DNA from: the human T2T-CHM13v2.0 reference genome, Homo sapiens
Direction: 5' to 3' (one strand)
NCBI RefSeq assembly: GCF_009914755.1
Contig: NC_060926.1
DNA length: 64,000 nt
Positions within the stretch are counted from its first letter, which is position 1, and each line of letters opens with the position of its first letter. Both the position numbers and the translations under genes were made by a program. Below the pieces are notes generated by a model. It had not been told where the DNA came from. It did no database searches and saw nothing but the letters and a program-made list of their open reading frames with translations. Of the stretch, positions 13,032 to 32,452 are shown piece by piece.

Positions 13032-13717
13032 ACACGTGAACTTTAATGAATTTTTACTGCCCAGGACATCCTCCCTAGCTTAGCAGGCACCGCAGTGGGC
13101 AGCTCCCCCATCCTTCTGCACAGCTGCTCTCCTGGAGGGAGCGGTTAATTTAAACATTCCCCTGTTGATGGACATTCAAGTTACTTCCCATTTGCTGTTA
13201 AAATAATGCTGCACTCACTCCTTCATTCCTGGAGTGTTTACCACTAAAGTCCTCTTCGAGATTGTAAAAATGAAACTGACTTGTCGAAGAAAAGATGCAT
13301 TTTTTTTTTTTTTTAATGAAGAGCGCCTCTTGCCTCCGCCTCCCACCCACTGACCACTGTTTTGGGGCCCTGGCGTAGATGCCTGGACCGCAGGCCTATA
13401 CGAACATCACACACCCTGCCTTTGGGAGCGGAGATGTTTTTTATTATTACATGTAAAGGCTTTGGAAGTGGCCATTCTCATCCTTCAACAAGAAAAAGCT
13501 GGACACACCAGCTTTTTTTCTTGACCCCTCTGAAAAATGAAGTCCCAGGGCAAACAACCTTCCAGAAACCTGGAGAGACAGACCATCCAGAGAAATTCAA
13601 CAACCAAGGCCTGTGGTTGGGAGCAAAAGTCTCCAGATACCCAAAGCTGGTAGAAACACTGAAATTACAATGTTGACACATTGTTGCAGGCTGAAGAAGC
13701 TGGGGGATGGGCAGTAA

Positions 13718-14156
<439 letters not shown>

Positions 14157-14438
14157 GAAGAGGATACTCCAAACTTCTCCTTAACAAAGTCTTCCCTGAG
14201 GGCTATTCTGAAACCTTTTCAAGCTAAAGGGTTTCTACCCCACTCCAGTCCTCTCCATCCTTCAGGTCTCAACTAAGGGAAAATAAAGCGATAGTCAACA
14301 AGGGAGAGGACTTCAAGAAAGCAAGCAGGAAACACTGGCCAGGGAAGGGACCAGGGCTATGAAGGATTAGCCCCACCCTGAGGCCGAGGCACAGAAACTA
14401 AAAGAATGAGGCCTGATTGGAGGTTAGAAGACAAGGGA

Positions 14439-14729
14439 GGCTGGGCGTAGTGGCTCACACCTGTAATCCCAGCACTTTGGGAGGCCGAGGCGGGCGGATC
14501 ACGAGGTCAGGAGATCGAGACTATCCTGGCTAACACGGTGAAACCCCGTCTCTACTAAAAATACAAAAAGCCGGGCATTGTGGCGGGCACCTGTAGTCCC
14601 AGCTACTCAGGAGGCTGAGGCAGGAGAATGGCGTGAACCCAGGAGGCGGAGTTTGCAGTGAGCCGAGATGGCTCCACTGCACTCCAGCCTGGGCGATACA
14701 GCAAGACTCCATCTCAAAAAAAAAAAAAA
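14439..14729 (+). mobile_element. AluY-like
   Basis: Alu consensus; TSD agaagacaaggga on both sides. Confidence 0.92.
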
Positions 14730-15841
14730 GAAGACAAGGGAACACCCCTCTCCCCACTTGCCAGCACATGGTGCCACCACACTAACAAGGCGCCAGTAAT
14801 AACAGTGGGTCACAGCTAACAGAGCTAAGAGACAAACTCTCTCTCTGAGGACCAGAATGAAAGGAAGCCACAGAGACAAGAAAGAAGAAAAAGTAAGCCC
14901 ATTAGAATGATTTGAAGCAGCTGGTGGCCTAAAGCTATGACAAATATTACAACTCCTAGCCAGATTAATAAACCCTAACATTGAAAGCCTATTGACCTCA
15001 GTGCCTATGGCCCAATATGTACAACATGTCTGGCTTTAGACAAAAAAATTACAAAGCCTGTTAAAAGCAAGAAAAACCAAAGCCTAAAGAGACAAATCAT
15101 TAGAAGCTGATTCATATATGACACAGATGTTGGAATTATTAGATGGAATATAAAATAACTATCATTAATATGGTACAAGCTTTAATGGAAAAAGTAGACA
15201 AGTTACAAGAACAGATGGGTAATGTAAGCTGACAGAATTCCAAGAAAAATAAAAAGGAAATGTTAGAAATCCAAAGCACTGTCTTAGGAATGAGTAATTA
15301 CTTTGATGGGCTCATCAGTACCCATGACATGGGTGAGTAAGGGACCAGTGAGCTTTATTAAAAATGCCTTGAAATGAATGAAAATGAAAACACAACATAC
15401 CAAAACCTGGGAGGCAGACAAAGCACTGTTAGGAGGGAAATTCATAGCCGTAATGCATACATTAAAAAAAGAAGAAATCTCAAATTAATAACCCAACTTT
15501 ACACCCTAAGGAACTAGAAAAAGAAAACTAACCCAAAGCCAGCAGAGGAAAAAAAATAATAAGAATTAAAGTGGAGATAAATAAGATAGAGAATAGAAAA
15601 ACAATAGAGAAAATCTTCAAAACCAAAAGTTGGTACTTTGAAAAGACTAAATTGACAAACCTTCAGCTAGATTGACTCAGAATAAAAGAAGACTCAAATC
15701 ACTAAAATTAGAAATAGTGGAGACATTAACACCAATTTTACCAAAATAAAATGAATTATAGAAGAATGTTACAAACATTTATATGCCAACGAATTGGATA
15801 ACTTGATGGAATGGACAGATTCTTAGAACGCACATCTATCA

Positions 15842-16238
<397 letters not shown>

Positions 16239-16469
16239 TCAGTAATCCAGTCTCCCAACAAAGAAAGCCCAGGGCAAGATGAGTTCACTGGTGAATTCCA
16301 CCAAACCTTTAAAGATTTAGCAGCAATTCTTCTCAATCTCTCCAAAAAAAATTAAAGAGGAATACTTCCTAATTCATTTCATGAGACCAGAATTACCCTG
16401 ATACCAAAGCCAGACAAAACCACTACAAGAAAACTACACACTAATATTCCTTAAGAATACGTAGATTCA

Positions 16470-16760
16470 GGCCAGGCATGGTGGCTCACGCTTGTAATCC
16501 CAGCATTTTGGGAGGCCGAGGTGGGCAGATCACGAGGACAAAAGTTCGAGACCAGTCTGACCAATATGGTGAAACCCTGTCTCTACTAAAAAAAATTAGC
16601 TGGGCATGGTGGTGGGCACCTGTAATCCCAGCTACTCAGGAGGCTGAGGCAGGAGACTCGCTTGAACCCAGGAGGCAGAGGTTGCAGTGAGCCGAGATCA
16701 CGCCACTGCACTCCAACCTGAGCAAGAAAGTGAAACTCCGTATCAAAAAAAAAAAAAAAG
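16470..16760 (+). mobile_element. AluS-like
   Basis: Alu consensus; TSD aagaatacgtagat / aagagtatgtagat. Confidence 0.9.
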
Positions 16761-17500
16761 AGTATGTAGATGCAAAAATCATCAACAAAATACCAGCAAA
16801 GCATACTCAGCAATATATTAAAAGGATTACACACCACGACCAAGTGAGTTTTATTCTTGAAGTGCAAGGATGATTCAACATCCAAAAATCAAACTATGTA
16901 ATACATCACTCCAATAGGATGAAGGAGCAAAATCACATGATTATTTCAAAAGCAGAAAAACATTTGACAAAGTCTAACACCCTTTCATGATTAAAAAAAA
17001 TAACGTACCAGGAATAGAAGTAAACTTCTTCACCATGATAAAAGGAATTTCTGAAAAATCCACAGCTAACATCACTCTCAACAGTGAAAGACTGAAAGCT
17101 ATTCCCTAAGATAAGGCATAAAACAAGAATGCCCACATTCACTACTTACACTCGACATAGTATTGGAAGAGCCAGAGCAAAGAGGCAAAAGAAAGAAATA
17201 CAATACATCTAAATCAGAAAGGAAGAAGTAAACCTATTTCTGTTCTCAGATGACATGATTTTATACGTAGAAAACCCTAAAGACTCCCCAAAAAACTATT
17301 AGAGCTAATAAATTAGTTTAATGGAATTGCAAGATACAAAATCAACACTCAAAAATCATTTGCATTTCTATACACTAGCAATGAATGATACAAAAAGGAA
17401 ATTAACAAATACATTCCATTTATAATAGCGTTAAAAAGTACTTAGGAATAAATTTAACCAAACAGGTGAAATAATTGTACACTAAAAACTATAAAACATG

Positions 17501-18453
<953 letters not shown>

Positions 18454-18740
18454 TGCTAAAAGAAATTTAAGACATAAATAAGTGAAAGATATCCCACATT
18501 CATGTACTGGAAGACTAATATTGTTAAATAACAACGCTAACTAAAGTGATTGAATGCAATCCCCATAAAAGTCCCAATGGATTTTTTATCCAGAAATAGA
18601 AAAACTCATCCCAAAATTCATATGGAATCTCAAGGGATCCCAAATAGCCAAAATGACCACAAGTGTGGACAAAGCTGGAGGACTCACACTTGCGGATGTG
18701 AAAACTTACTATAAAGCTATGTAATCACAACAAGGTGCTA

Positions 18741-19999
18741 TTAAGAGAAGCATTAGCCAGCTTCCAAGCGGGAATCTTCATAGTGTGAGTGATAAAGGAG
18801 AGAATTTAACAGGAGTAACGTAGTAAAAGGCAAGAAGATTTTGTTCACAAGGGTACCCAGTGCCACACTGTGGAAAAAAGAGGCAAGCACAGACTGGGCC
18901 AGAACTCCATGGGCTCTGGGCAGCAGCCAGGTCAGGCCATTGGATCCCCTTACACAGACGCCAACAGAACACAGCATCACCTGGGGAGAGGAGACACCGG
19001 TGGAGTATTTGAAGAATCCAGAGAATTACATCCTTGGAACAAAAACAGTCTTCACTGGCATTAACAAGAAGGTAGAAAGAACAGACTTGATAACTTATCT
19101 CAAAAAAGCCACTAATGAGTAATAATTGGCCACTGCCTTTATTTATTACAAAACAAAGGTCTCATAACTTCATGTGCACCAAAATTTAATTGATCTCATA
19201 CACCAGAATTTAGATCATGAATGAGTGGCAGACCTTTTTTGTTGGACAGTCCTGATTTAAGTCACACTAGCTTGTGGTTAAATGAATATGACTGTTTTTT
19301 TGAACTTTGATAGTAATTTCAATTCAGTAAATGTTATCACTGTTTTCCCCTTCTGAAGATATGATTGGACTTCATTAGTAACGTTCAACTTTTCATAAAG
19401 GTGGTGAATGCCGTCTCAAAACATATTGGGGATTGGTTTTATATTTAGAGTTCTATAACTGTCTTTATGAATATATTTAAATACTGTCTCAGAACCAAGC
19501 AAGACTCACCTATGTTTTAATTTGTGTTCATTACCCTGTAAAAGGCAAGGGCTGAAGATAAGACAGCAATGTCTACTTTATATTTTTGGTCTTAACTATG
19601 CCAATCCAATTAGAATTCCCTGGATCTAAAATGCTGCCTTTTACTAATTGAAATGCATTTTATGTGTAATATCAAATAAAGAATAGTTAAAACACTTCTC
19701 AAATTTTATAGATGATCTATAAAGTCAGATGCTTCTGAAAATCAGTGTAACAAGAAATAGTAGTAAGGTAAAATTTACTTTTGAATTCTTTGCTATCTAA
19801 ATCTGACTAAGTTATAATTTAGGATTGCCTTTAAATGATTCAAGCACGTAAAACTGTAGAAGTACTGTGTACGTGTGATTGGTAATGGTGCTTTTGTCAA
19901 TGTATTAGAAGGATTAAAGTGGAGAAGATATACATTAATTTAGAAATTGTGTGTGATCATAAGACTTTGATAATTATAAACAAAATGACAGATTATAAC
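18741..19999 (+). pseudogene. Processed cytochrome c (CYCS) pseudogene; possibly CYCSP8, number recalled and not verifiable here
   Basis: Intronless CYCS CDS homology at 18811-19122. ATG has become AGG, and five small deletions total 6 nt. The C-terminus [23 protein letters not shown]...YLKKATNE* is in frame. About 70 nt of 5'UTR and 870 nt of 3'UTR are present. It is inserted in L1 ORF2 with a degenerate TSD acaacaaggtgcta / aaaaccagggtgtta. Confidence 0.93.
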
Positions 20000-20651
20000 A
20001 AAACCAGGGTGTTACTGGCATAAGGACAGACATAGTGGCCCTCAATTTATAGTCAGTTGATGTTTGACAAGGTTGCCAAAACCATTGAATGGGGAAAGGG
20101 CCATCTTTTCAACAAATGATGCTGGGAAAATTGGATATCTGCATGAAAAGTATGAAGTTGGACCCTTAATTTATGCCATATACAAAAATTAACTCAAAAT
20201 GGAACTAAGACTTAAACATAAGAACCAAAACTATAAATATCTTAGAAGACAACAGAGAGGGAAATCTTTATGATGTTGGATTTTGCCATGATTTTTTGTA
20301 TATGACACCAAAAATATAAGCAACAGTAAAACAAAACAGTTATTGAATTTCATCAAGATTAAAAACTTTTGTGCATCAAAGGACACTATCAAGAAGGTGA
20401 AAAGACAACCTAAAGGATGGGAAAAAATATTTGCACTTCACGAATCTCATAAGAAATTAATATTCAGGATATGTAAAGAATTACTGCAACTCAACAACAA
20501 AAAGACGAATAATTCAACTTTAAAAAATAGACAAAAGCCTTGAATAGACATTTCTTCAAAGGAGACACACAAATGCCAAATAAGCACATGAAAACATGCA
20601 TATTTGCTTATCCCTGATTACTAGGGAAATGCAAATCAAAACCACAATGAG

Positions 20652-21106
<455 letters not shown>

Positions 21107-21137
21107 TCAAAAATGAAACATAGAAATTATCATAATC

Positions 21138-21504
<367 letters not shown>

Positions 21505-21943
21505 TCATCTATTCTATCCCTAAGTATATTCTTAAAAGAAATGAAAGTGGAGACTCAACAAAGATATTTATACTCCATTCTTCACTGCAGCATTAATCAC
21601 AATAGATAAAAGGTGGAAACAACCCAAATGGTCTTCGACACAAAAAAGGGTAAATAAAATGTGATATAAGCACTCAATGGAATAAAAAAGAATGCAATTC
21701 TGATATATGCTAGAACATGGTTGAACCTTGAAGATGTTATGCTAGGCATTAAAGGACAAATGCATGATTCCATTTACATGAGGTACCTAGAATAGGCAAC
21801 TTCATACAGACAGAAAGTAGAATAGTGGTTACCAGAGGCTAGTGGGGAGGGCAGAATAGAGTGACTTTTTAATGGGTATAGAGTTTCTGTTTGGGGTGAT
21901 GAAAAAGTTCTGGAACTGGATAGTGGTGATAGTTTGACAATAT

Positions 21944-22725
21944 TGCAATCACCCACAGGTTCATCTTGTCCACTGCCTGGAAAAGCTAATGCACTGAGAA
22001 CAGCAAGGTTTTGCAGCAAAAATAAAATAAATAATTTAAAAAAGAGTTTAATTAACACAGGGCTAGCCAATTGGAAGATGGAGTTTATTACTCAAATCAA
22101 CCTCCCTGAGAATTCAGAGGCTAGAGTTTTTATGGATAAATTGTCAGGCAGGGGGCTAGGGAATGGATGATGCTGACTGGGGATGAAGTCATAGGGATGT
22201 GGAAAATGGTCCTCATGTGCTAAGTCAACTTCTGGGTGGGGGCCACAGGACCTGTTGAGTCAGGAATCACGGGTCCAGGTGGAGTCAGTTGGTCACCAGA
22301 ATGCAGAAGTCTGAAAAACAGTACCAAAGGCCAATCTTAGGCTCTACAATAATGATGTTATCTATAGGAGCAATTGGGAACATTATAAATCTTGTGACCT
22401 CCAGCACAGTAAATGACTATAGAAAGGCAAGTTATGCCTACATCTTAGCAGAATTCAGGCTGCTCTCATAATCTTAATCTTGTGGTCTCTTTCAATAGTC
22501 ATAAAAAGGTGGTTTTAGATCCCTGAGCAAAGAGAAGGTTAGTTTTAGGGAGGGACTGTTATCATCCTTGCTTCAAAGTTAAACTATAAATTAAATTCTT
22601 CCTACGGTTAGCCTGGCCTACACCCAGAAATGAGTAAGGACAGCCAGCCTGTGAGGCTAGAAGCAAGATGGAGTCAGCCATGCTAGACTTCTTGTGCTCT
22701 CATAATCTTTGCAAATTCAGCTTCA
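21944..22725 (-). mobile_element. LTR8/LTR8A-like ERV1 solo LTR
   Basis: TG...CA ends with a perfect 4-bp TSD ATAT (21940-21943, 22726-22729). The reverse strand starts tgaagctgaatttgcaaagattatg...gactccatcttgcttctagcc. Confidence 0.8.
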
Positions 22726-23009
22726 ATATTGTGAATGTACCTAATGCCACTCAATTGTACACATATAAGTGACTAAAATGGTAAATTTTATGTCATGTAT
22801 ATTACACCACAATAAAAAAGAAAGCAAAAAAAATCAGTGAGTATGAAGACAGAGAATTGAAACTTCCAAAATTGAAATGCGAAGAGAAAATTAACTGGGT
22901 AGGTGGGTGCAGGGAAGAGCAGAGAAGAATACAGCATCCAAACTGTGAGACAGATCAAAAAGTGTAACATATATGCAATTACCAGAAGGAGCAGAAAGAG
23001 AAAATGGGA

Positions 23010-23680
<671 letters not shown>

Positions 23681-23698
23681 GGCATATAAAGAGTTTTG

Positions 23699-24062
<364 letters not shown>

Positions 24063-24284
24063 CTAAGAACTTCAGAGAACATCAAACACCCCCCACCCAC
24101 ACACACACCCTGGACGTGTGTGTGGGATTCTGGATTCGGTAATATCCAAATTGCAGAAACCAAAGACAGAAAATTTTAAAGAAAGCCAGAAGTTATTGAG
24201 GGTGGACACTTTAACCACAAAAGATCAAGAATAAGAATTATAATAAACTTCTCATCAGAAACCATGAAAGAAATATTAAAATGA

Positions 24285-24581
<297 letters not shown>

Positions 24582-25297
24582 TTAAAATGAGTTATTTAGA
24601 CAGAAGAAAAATAATATAAGGTCATATACTTGGATCTACATAAAGAAAGATGGAGCCCAAGAAAAGGAATAAATTAGGGTAAAATAAATAGTTTTATTTT
24701 TATTATTCTTTACTGATCTAAAAGATAATTGTCTGCTTAAAACAACAATAGTAACAATGTGTTGGTTTATAGCCCATGGATAAGTGACACGAATAACTGT
24801 AATGTCATCAGGCACAGGAGGGAAGAATTGGACAACCCTGCTGTAAAGTAGCTGCAATCCACAGATAATGTGGTTTGAAGGTGGTCGTAGACAATTTTAA
24901 AATGTATGTTGTCAATCCTAGGGAAACCACTAAAAAACATTTTTAAGGAGTGTTAATGATGTGTTAAGATAGAGCTAAAATGTAATCATATAAGATACTT
25001 AAAACCAGAGAAGGCAGAAAAGAGAAGGAAAGGCTACAAAGAGCAAATGCAATGAATATATATACTTAACAAAATGGTAGATTTACTCCAACTATATCAA
25101 CAATTACTTTAAATGTGAACACCCGATAAAAGAAAGTCATATGTGATTGGATTTTTTTAAATGTAAAAGACCCATCTACATGCTGTCTATAAGAAACACA
25201 CATGAAATATCCTGACACAGACATGTGAAAAGTAAAAGTACAGCGAAAGATATACAATGCTAACACTAAGCAAGAGAAAATGGAGTAGCTATATTAA

Positions 25298-25608
<311 letters not shown>

Positions 25609-27258
25609 TAAAGCTGACTTTAGAACAAGGAAGATTATGAAAGATAAAAAGGACCATTAGATAATTATAAAATAGTAGGGCATCAAAATATGTCAGGTAA
25701 AAACTGATAAAACTGAAAAGAGAATTAGGTAAACCCACTATTATAATCGAAGCCTTCAACAGTCCTTTGTCAATAATTGATAGATCAAACAGGCAGCAAA
25801 TAAGTAAGAATATAGATAATCTGAACAACACTGTCAATCAACTTGGTCTAATTGAGTTTATAACATACTCCAGTCAACAGTGGCAGAATACATGTTTTTC
25901 TCAAGCACACATGGAGCATTCACAAAAACAGACCCACACCTGGACCATGAAATACACATTAAAAATTGAAAATAATAATAATCATGCAAAGTATGTTCCT
26001 GTGGGGGCACAAACTAACAATTCTGAACTCACTGTACTTGCATACTGGGATTGAATTTTGGATTAACTAGTAAAGGGATGGTGGTATGGCAGATGCGGGA
26101 GCCAGGTTTCTCACTGCTGAAGGTGGAGGTCGCAGATAAACAAGAAGGGAAGGCTACAGTGAAACATTTGGCCATGGATTAGAATCAGAGACAGCAGAAT
26201 GAACTCATGTTTAGCTTAATGTACTGATGGGTAAATGTGGAAGTAGTTATAGGTATATGTGTATATTTGGGTCAGTGTACATACATCTATTTCCTAGCTC
26301 AGTCTACTAAAACAGCCTAGAAGCAGTGACACCCTGTAGCAATAAGCACACCCAGCCTCCAGATCTCTTGTAAAAGGAATAAGGGTCTTTGGAGATATGG
26401 CTGATTGTAGAATATATGAGATGAGCCTGGAGCATATGGTAATGCCAGGAATTAAGAAAGTGCTAAACACACACACACAATAATGAGAGTATGTTAAAGG
26501 GACACAGGCGCCGACTGAAAGAGCGTCCAATGGCCAAATGAATGGCTGGAGCGATTTAAGCAGCAACAGAAAATAATGTGATATTGAGTTATGCCCAAAG
26601 GGTGTCTGGGCTGTACTTGGTTACTTTCTTCTAGAGTACAGTGAGGAAAGGGGATAAAAAGTAGTTTTACCATAGATAAACCTGGCAAAGATGACCTCAG
26701 CTGGGCGAACAGGGCCAACATTAACAGTGATTGAGTCATGTTGAGCTATCCTTGATATGATGTGGGGAGAATGGTACCTCACCTCTATGGTCTTCCTCCC
26801 AAAACCTGTAAGCCCAGTCTAACTACAAGAAAAAAACTATAAGAAAAATGTCAAACCAACCCAAATTGAGGGGCATTCTATAAAATGTCTAGCCAGTACT
26901 TCTCGAAACTGTCAAACTCATCAAAACATCATTTTAGGCTGAGAAAATGTCACAGCCCAAAAGAGAATAAGGAGATATGACCACTAAATGGAATGTGGTC
27001 ATTTGGATAAGATCTTGAAACAGAAAAGGGACATTAAGGAAAAACTAAGGAAATGTGAACAAAGTATGGAGTTGAGTTACTAATAATGATGTATCAATAC
27101 TGGTGAATTAGTCATGACAAATGTACCATAGTAGTATGAGATGTTAATAGCAAGAGAAATGCCTGAGGAGTGTGGGCAAACTCTGTGCTATACTCTTAAG
27201 CTCTTTTGGAAACTTTTCTATAAATCTAAAACTTCTAAAGTAAAAAAAGTATTTATAC

Positions 27259-27262
<4 letters not shown>

Positions 27263-27354
<92 letters not shown>
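27263..27354. repeat. Compound microsatellite (TG)n(TA)n(T)n
   Basis: About 22 TG units, about 11 TA units, then the poly(T) tail of an Alu. Confidence 0.95.
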
Positions 27355-27625
<271 letters not shown>

Positions 27626-28032
27626 TATATATGTATTTTTAAGTCAGCACTGGTGCCACCCCCACCCACCCACCCAAAAATGACAACCAAGAACAGCTTT
27701 GCGACACTGCTCACCTCTCCTTATGGCTCCGTACGTCTCACCGGTGCTCCAGGCAGGTTGGGCGTGATCCCTGTGGCTGGTGTGGGCAGCTGCTGGGAAG
27801 CACAGGCAGGAGCTCAGCCGAATGTGTCAGCACAGCCTCCTCCTCCATCGCCATCTGTCCAGTTAGGTCAGTCAAGAAGGCCCCAGTTTTCCACAATGAC
27901 AGTCAGCTCAAGGTTGGCGTTCACCCTGAGTGCTAAGGGAGATTGTTTTCTTTTTGGCTTGATTACACTTCTCTGAAACAAATGGTTCACTTCTCATGGC
28001 TTCAGTGTGCTTGTTGGCCAAACTCCAGTGGC

Positions 28033-28430
28033 TGTGCTAGTTCACTCCAGCTGCCATAACAACATACTACAGACTGGGAGGCTTAAACAACAGAAATGTA
28101 TTTCTCACAGCTCTGGAGGCTGCAGGTTCACAATGAAGGTGCCGGCAGAGTCGGTTCCCCCGAGGTCTCCCTCTGTGGCTTGCAGATGGTCACCTTCTCG
28201 TGGCCTTTCTTCTGTGCACACACAGCCTGTGGTCCTGTGTCTTTCTGAATGCCCAAACATTGTCTTCTTTTCAGGACCCCAGTCACACTGAATGGAGGGC
28301 TCACCCTGAAGGCCTCGATGTAACTGAGTCACCTCTCTAAAGGCCCTACCTCCAAACACAGCCCCATTCTGAGGTACTGAGGCTAGGGCTTCAACATGTG
28401 AGTTGGGGGACATACAATTCCAATCATAAT
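28033..28430 (-). mobile_element. MLT1 (MaLR) LTR
   Basis: gctgccataacaacatactacagactgggaggcttaaacaacagaaatgtatttctcacagctctggaggct...ggcttcaacatgtgagttggggg. Confidence 0.85.
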
Positions 28431-28691
28431 GGTGGCATTTACAGCTAGTGAGCAGGTCGCTGTGTGGTCCCTGTGCTTGTTGGCTGGTGGCATTCACATG
28501 CCACCCTTGATTGGCCAGGCAGGCAAGGGGCCACCTGGGCTGCTGCGGCCAGCGCACTCCTCACATCTTCAGTGAACAGCGACCTTGGGAAGAAACAGAG
28601 CCCAGATCTTCTTTTAAAATAATCGACAATACTGTCTTATTCACGGGAGTTATTGAACAGACATAGAGGGCTCTTAGGACTGAAGACTATT

Positions 28692-29534
<843 letters not shown>

Positions 29535-30251
29535 GCTATCCACAAAGGTTGCCTTTTCTACTAGTCTAAGAAGTCAGCGACTCAGGCAGGGTGCTGCCCT
29601 GAGCTCCCGTCTACACTGCCTCCCAGGTGCAGGCCACTGTTGAGCACTAAGCACCTGCTGACTGCACTGCCCTCCACTGCACTGGATTCACAGCGGCCTC
29701 TCCATCTTCAACCCCGGCCCATTTGTTTTGAAAATCTATATAGTCCCCTGAACATTTTTAAACAGCAGCCCCAACTTCCTTTTATCTCAAGAATGTCTAA
29801 ATGGTTGTAAAGGATATACTCACCCGTGTATCCTAAAAATTAATATTTTAAAACAAAAAGTGAATATCATGCTTCTAAATTTATTCAACAGAATCGAAGC
29901 ACCATAGCACTTTGGTGGCCATTGTCCGATTCTAAAAAGCAAGCAAACAAGCACTTGTTTCCTTTTTCATTGTTTCTTTTTCTTCCTCCACTTCCTTGAC
30001 AAGACTCTATTATAAAGTCATATCTTCTAATTGCTCTCCGTCTCACAGGCATTCTCAGGCAGTTTTAGAGTAGAGACCCATGGAGACTGACCGCCTGGGC
30101 CCACCCCGGGGAGGTGTGCATTGGTTGGTACTGGTCAGCATCCGGCAGGTGGCTGCAAGCCCAGGCGACAGAAAAGTCTGGTCAGGACTCCCCGCGGTGA
30201 GGTTAAGGCAAAGAACCAGAAGAAAAGGCACCGTGGTGCGGGGAGGCGGTG

Positions 30252-30580
30252 TGCCAGGCGCGGTGGCTTGCACCTGTAATGCCAGCACTTTGGGAGGCCG
30301 AGGTGGGTAGATCACGAGGTCAGGAGATCGAGACCATCCCGGCCAACATGGTGAAACTCTGCCTCTCCTAAAAATACAAAAATTTAGCCGGGCATGGTGG
30401 CGCGTGCCCGTAATCCCAGCTACTCAGGAGGCTGAGGCAGGAAAATCACTTGAACCCAGTAGGCAGAGGCTGCAGTGAGCCAAGATCGCGCCACTGCACT
30501 CCAGTCTGGGTGACAGAGGGAGACTCTGTCCCAAAATAAATAAATAAACAAACAAACAAACATTAAAAAAATAAAAGAAA
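30252..30580 (+). mobile_element. AluS-like
   Basis: Alu consensus; flanks aagaaaaggcaccgtgg / aagaaaaggcacggtgg. Confidence 0.9.
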
Positions 30581-31443
30581 AAGAAAAGGCACGGTGGGGG
30601 GCACTAGTTTCAGGCAGAAATAAACTTGGAGAGGAGGGCAGAGAAGGACTGGCACAGGGGTGGTGCTCCTGCCATGGGCAGAAGACAGCATCATGGGAGA
30701 GGACGGGAAGAGCCAGCCTCAGGATGCTGGTAGAAAACGGACAGAAGGAAGCCTAGTTCTAAACGGCATCTTGTCTGGGGCACCCCGTGGCTGTGTTCGC
30801 ATGTGTGTTTCTGTGCTCACGGAGAATGAAGATAGAGATGGTGCTGCGCTTTTACAGTGAATATCTGGTAACTGGGGAGAAAAACCTGAAGGTATATTTC
30901 CTAAGAAGCAAGAGTATTTAAGCAATTTAAATTTAGAAGGAGGAAATGATAACAAGAACATGAGGTGATGGTCAGTGGGTTAATTACAATATAGGCGCTG
31001 AGCAAATTCAATTTCTGGAGGCAAACAGTTGCTGCCTTGGAGGGAGCTGACAAATATTCTATAGCAAACAGTGACAAATAAATTTCCTGTAACAATCATG
31101 CAGGGTTTCATGGATACAAGTTAGAGGCCATGGAACCTGAGTATACATGTAATAATAATCGTTATTACCAGGGACTTCCCCATCCTTCCAGCAAGACATC
31201 CGGCCTGTATATCAACTTTACGATGGCAGGATGGGAAAAACATTAAAATTGATGTCAAATAGGTCCCTCACCCCACGAATTAATACTTGTACATTTCTTA
31301 AAATAGTGCCTAACTTATAATAAATACTGTATAAGAGTTTGTTAAATAAGACACAATTATACGATAAAATATTTAAAGGATAAACTTTTTATCCCTGTGC
31401 CTTTATAGCAACTAATCAATATTCCCCACCCTGTACTTATTAA

Positions 31444-31831
<388 letters not shown>

Positions 31832-31855
31832 CTGTTTATAGCTGTTTGTATATAG

Positions 31856-32149
<294 letters not shown>

Positions 32150-32262
32150 TGACACATGATTATTATGTATTATTGTGTGTACATACCTATGAGCTCCCTG
32201 GGAGAAAGGTAAGTGTCCTAAAACTCCTGGCATATTGCATCAGGCTGAGATGCTGCCCAAGA

Positions 32263-32452
32263 AATGGATGCTGGATGTCTGCACAGGTGGATGGATAGGT
32301 GGATGGATGGATGGATGAGTGGATGTATGGATGGATAGATGGGTAGGTGGGTAAATGGATGGATAGATGGATGGGTGAATGGATGGATGAGTGAGTGGAT
32401 GGATGAATGAATGGGTGGATGAGTGGGTGGGTGGATGGATGGATGGATGGAT
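32263..32452. repeat. Degenerate (TGGA)n simple repeat
   Basis: ggatggatgg tetramer array of ~190 bp. Confidence 0.93.
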
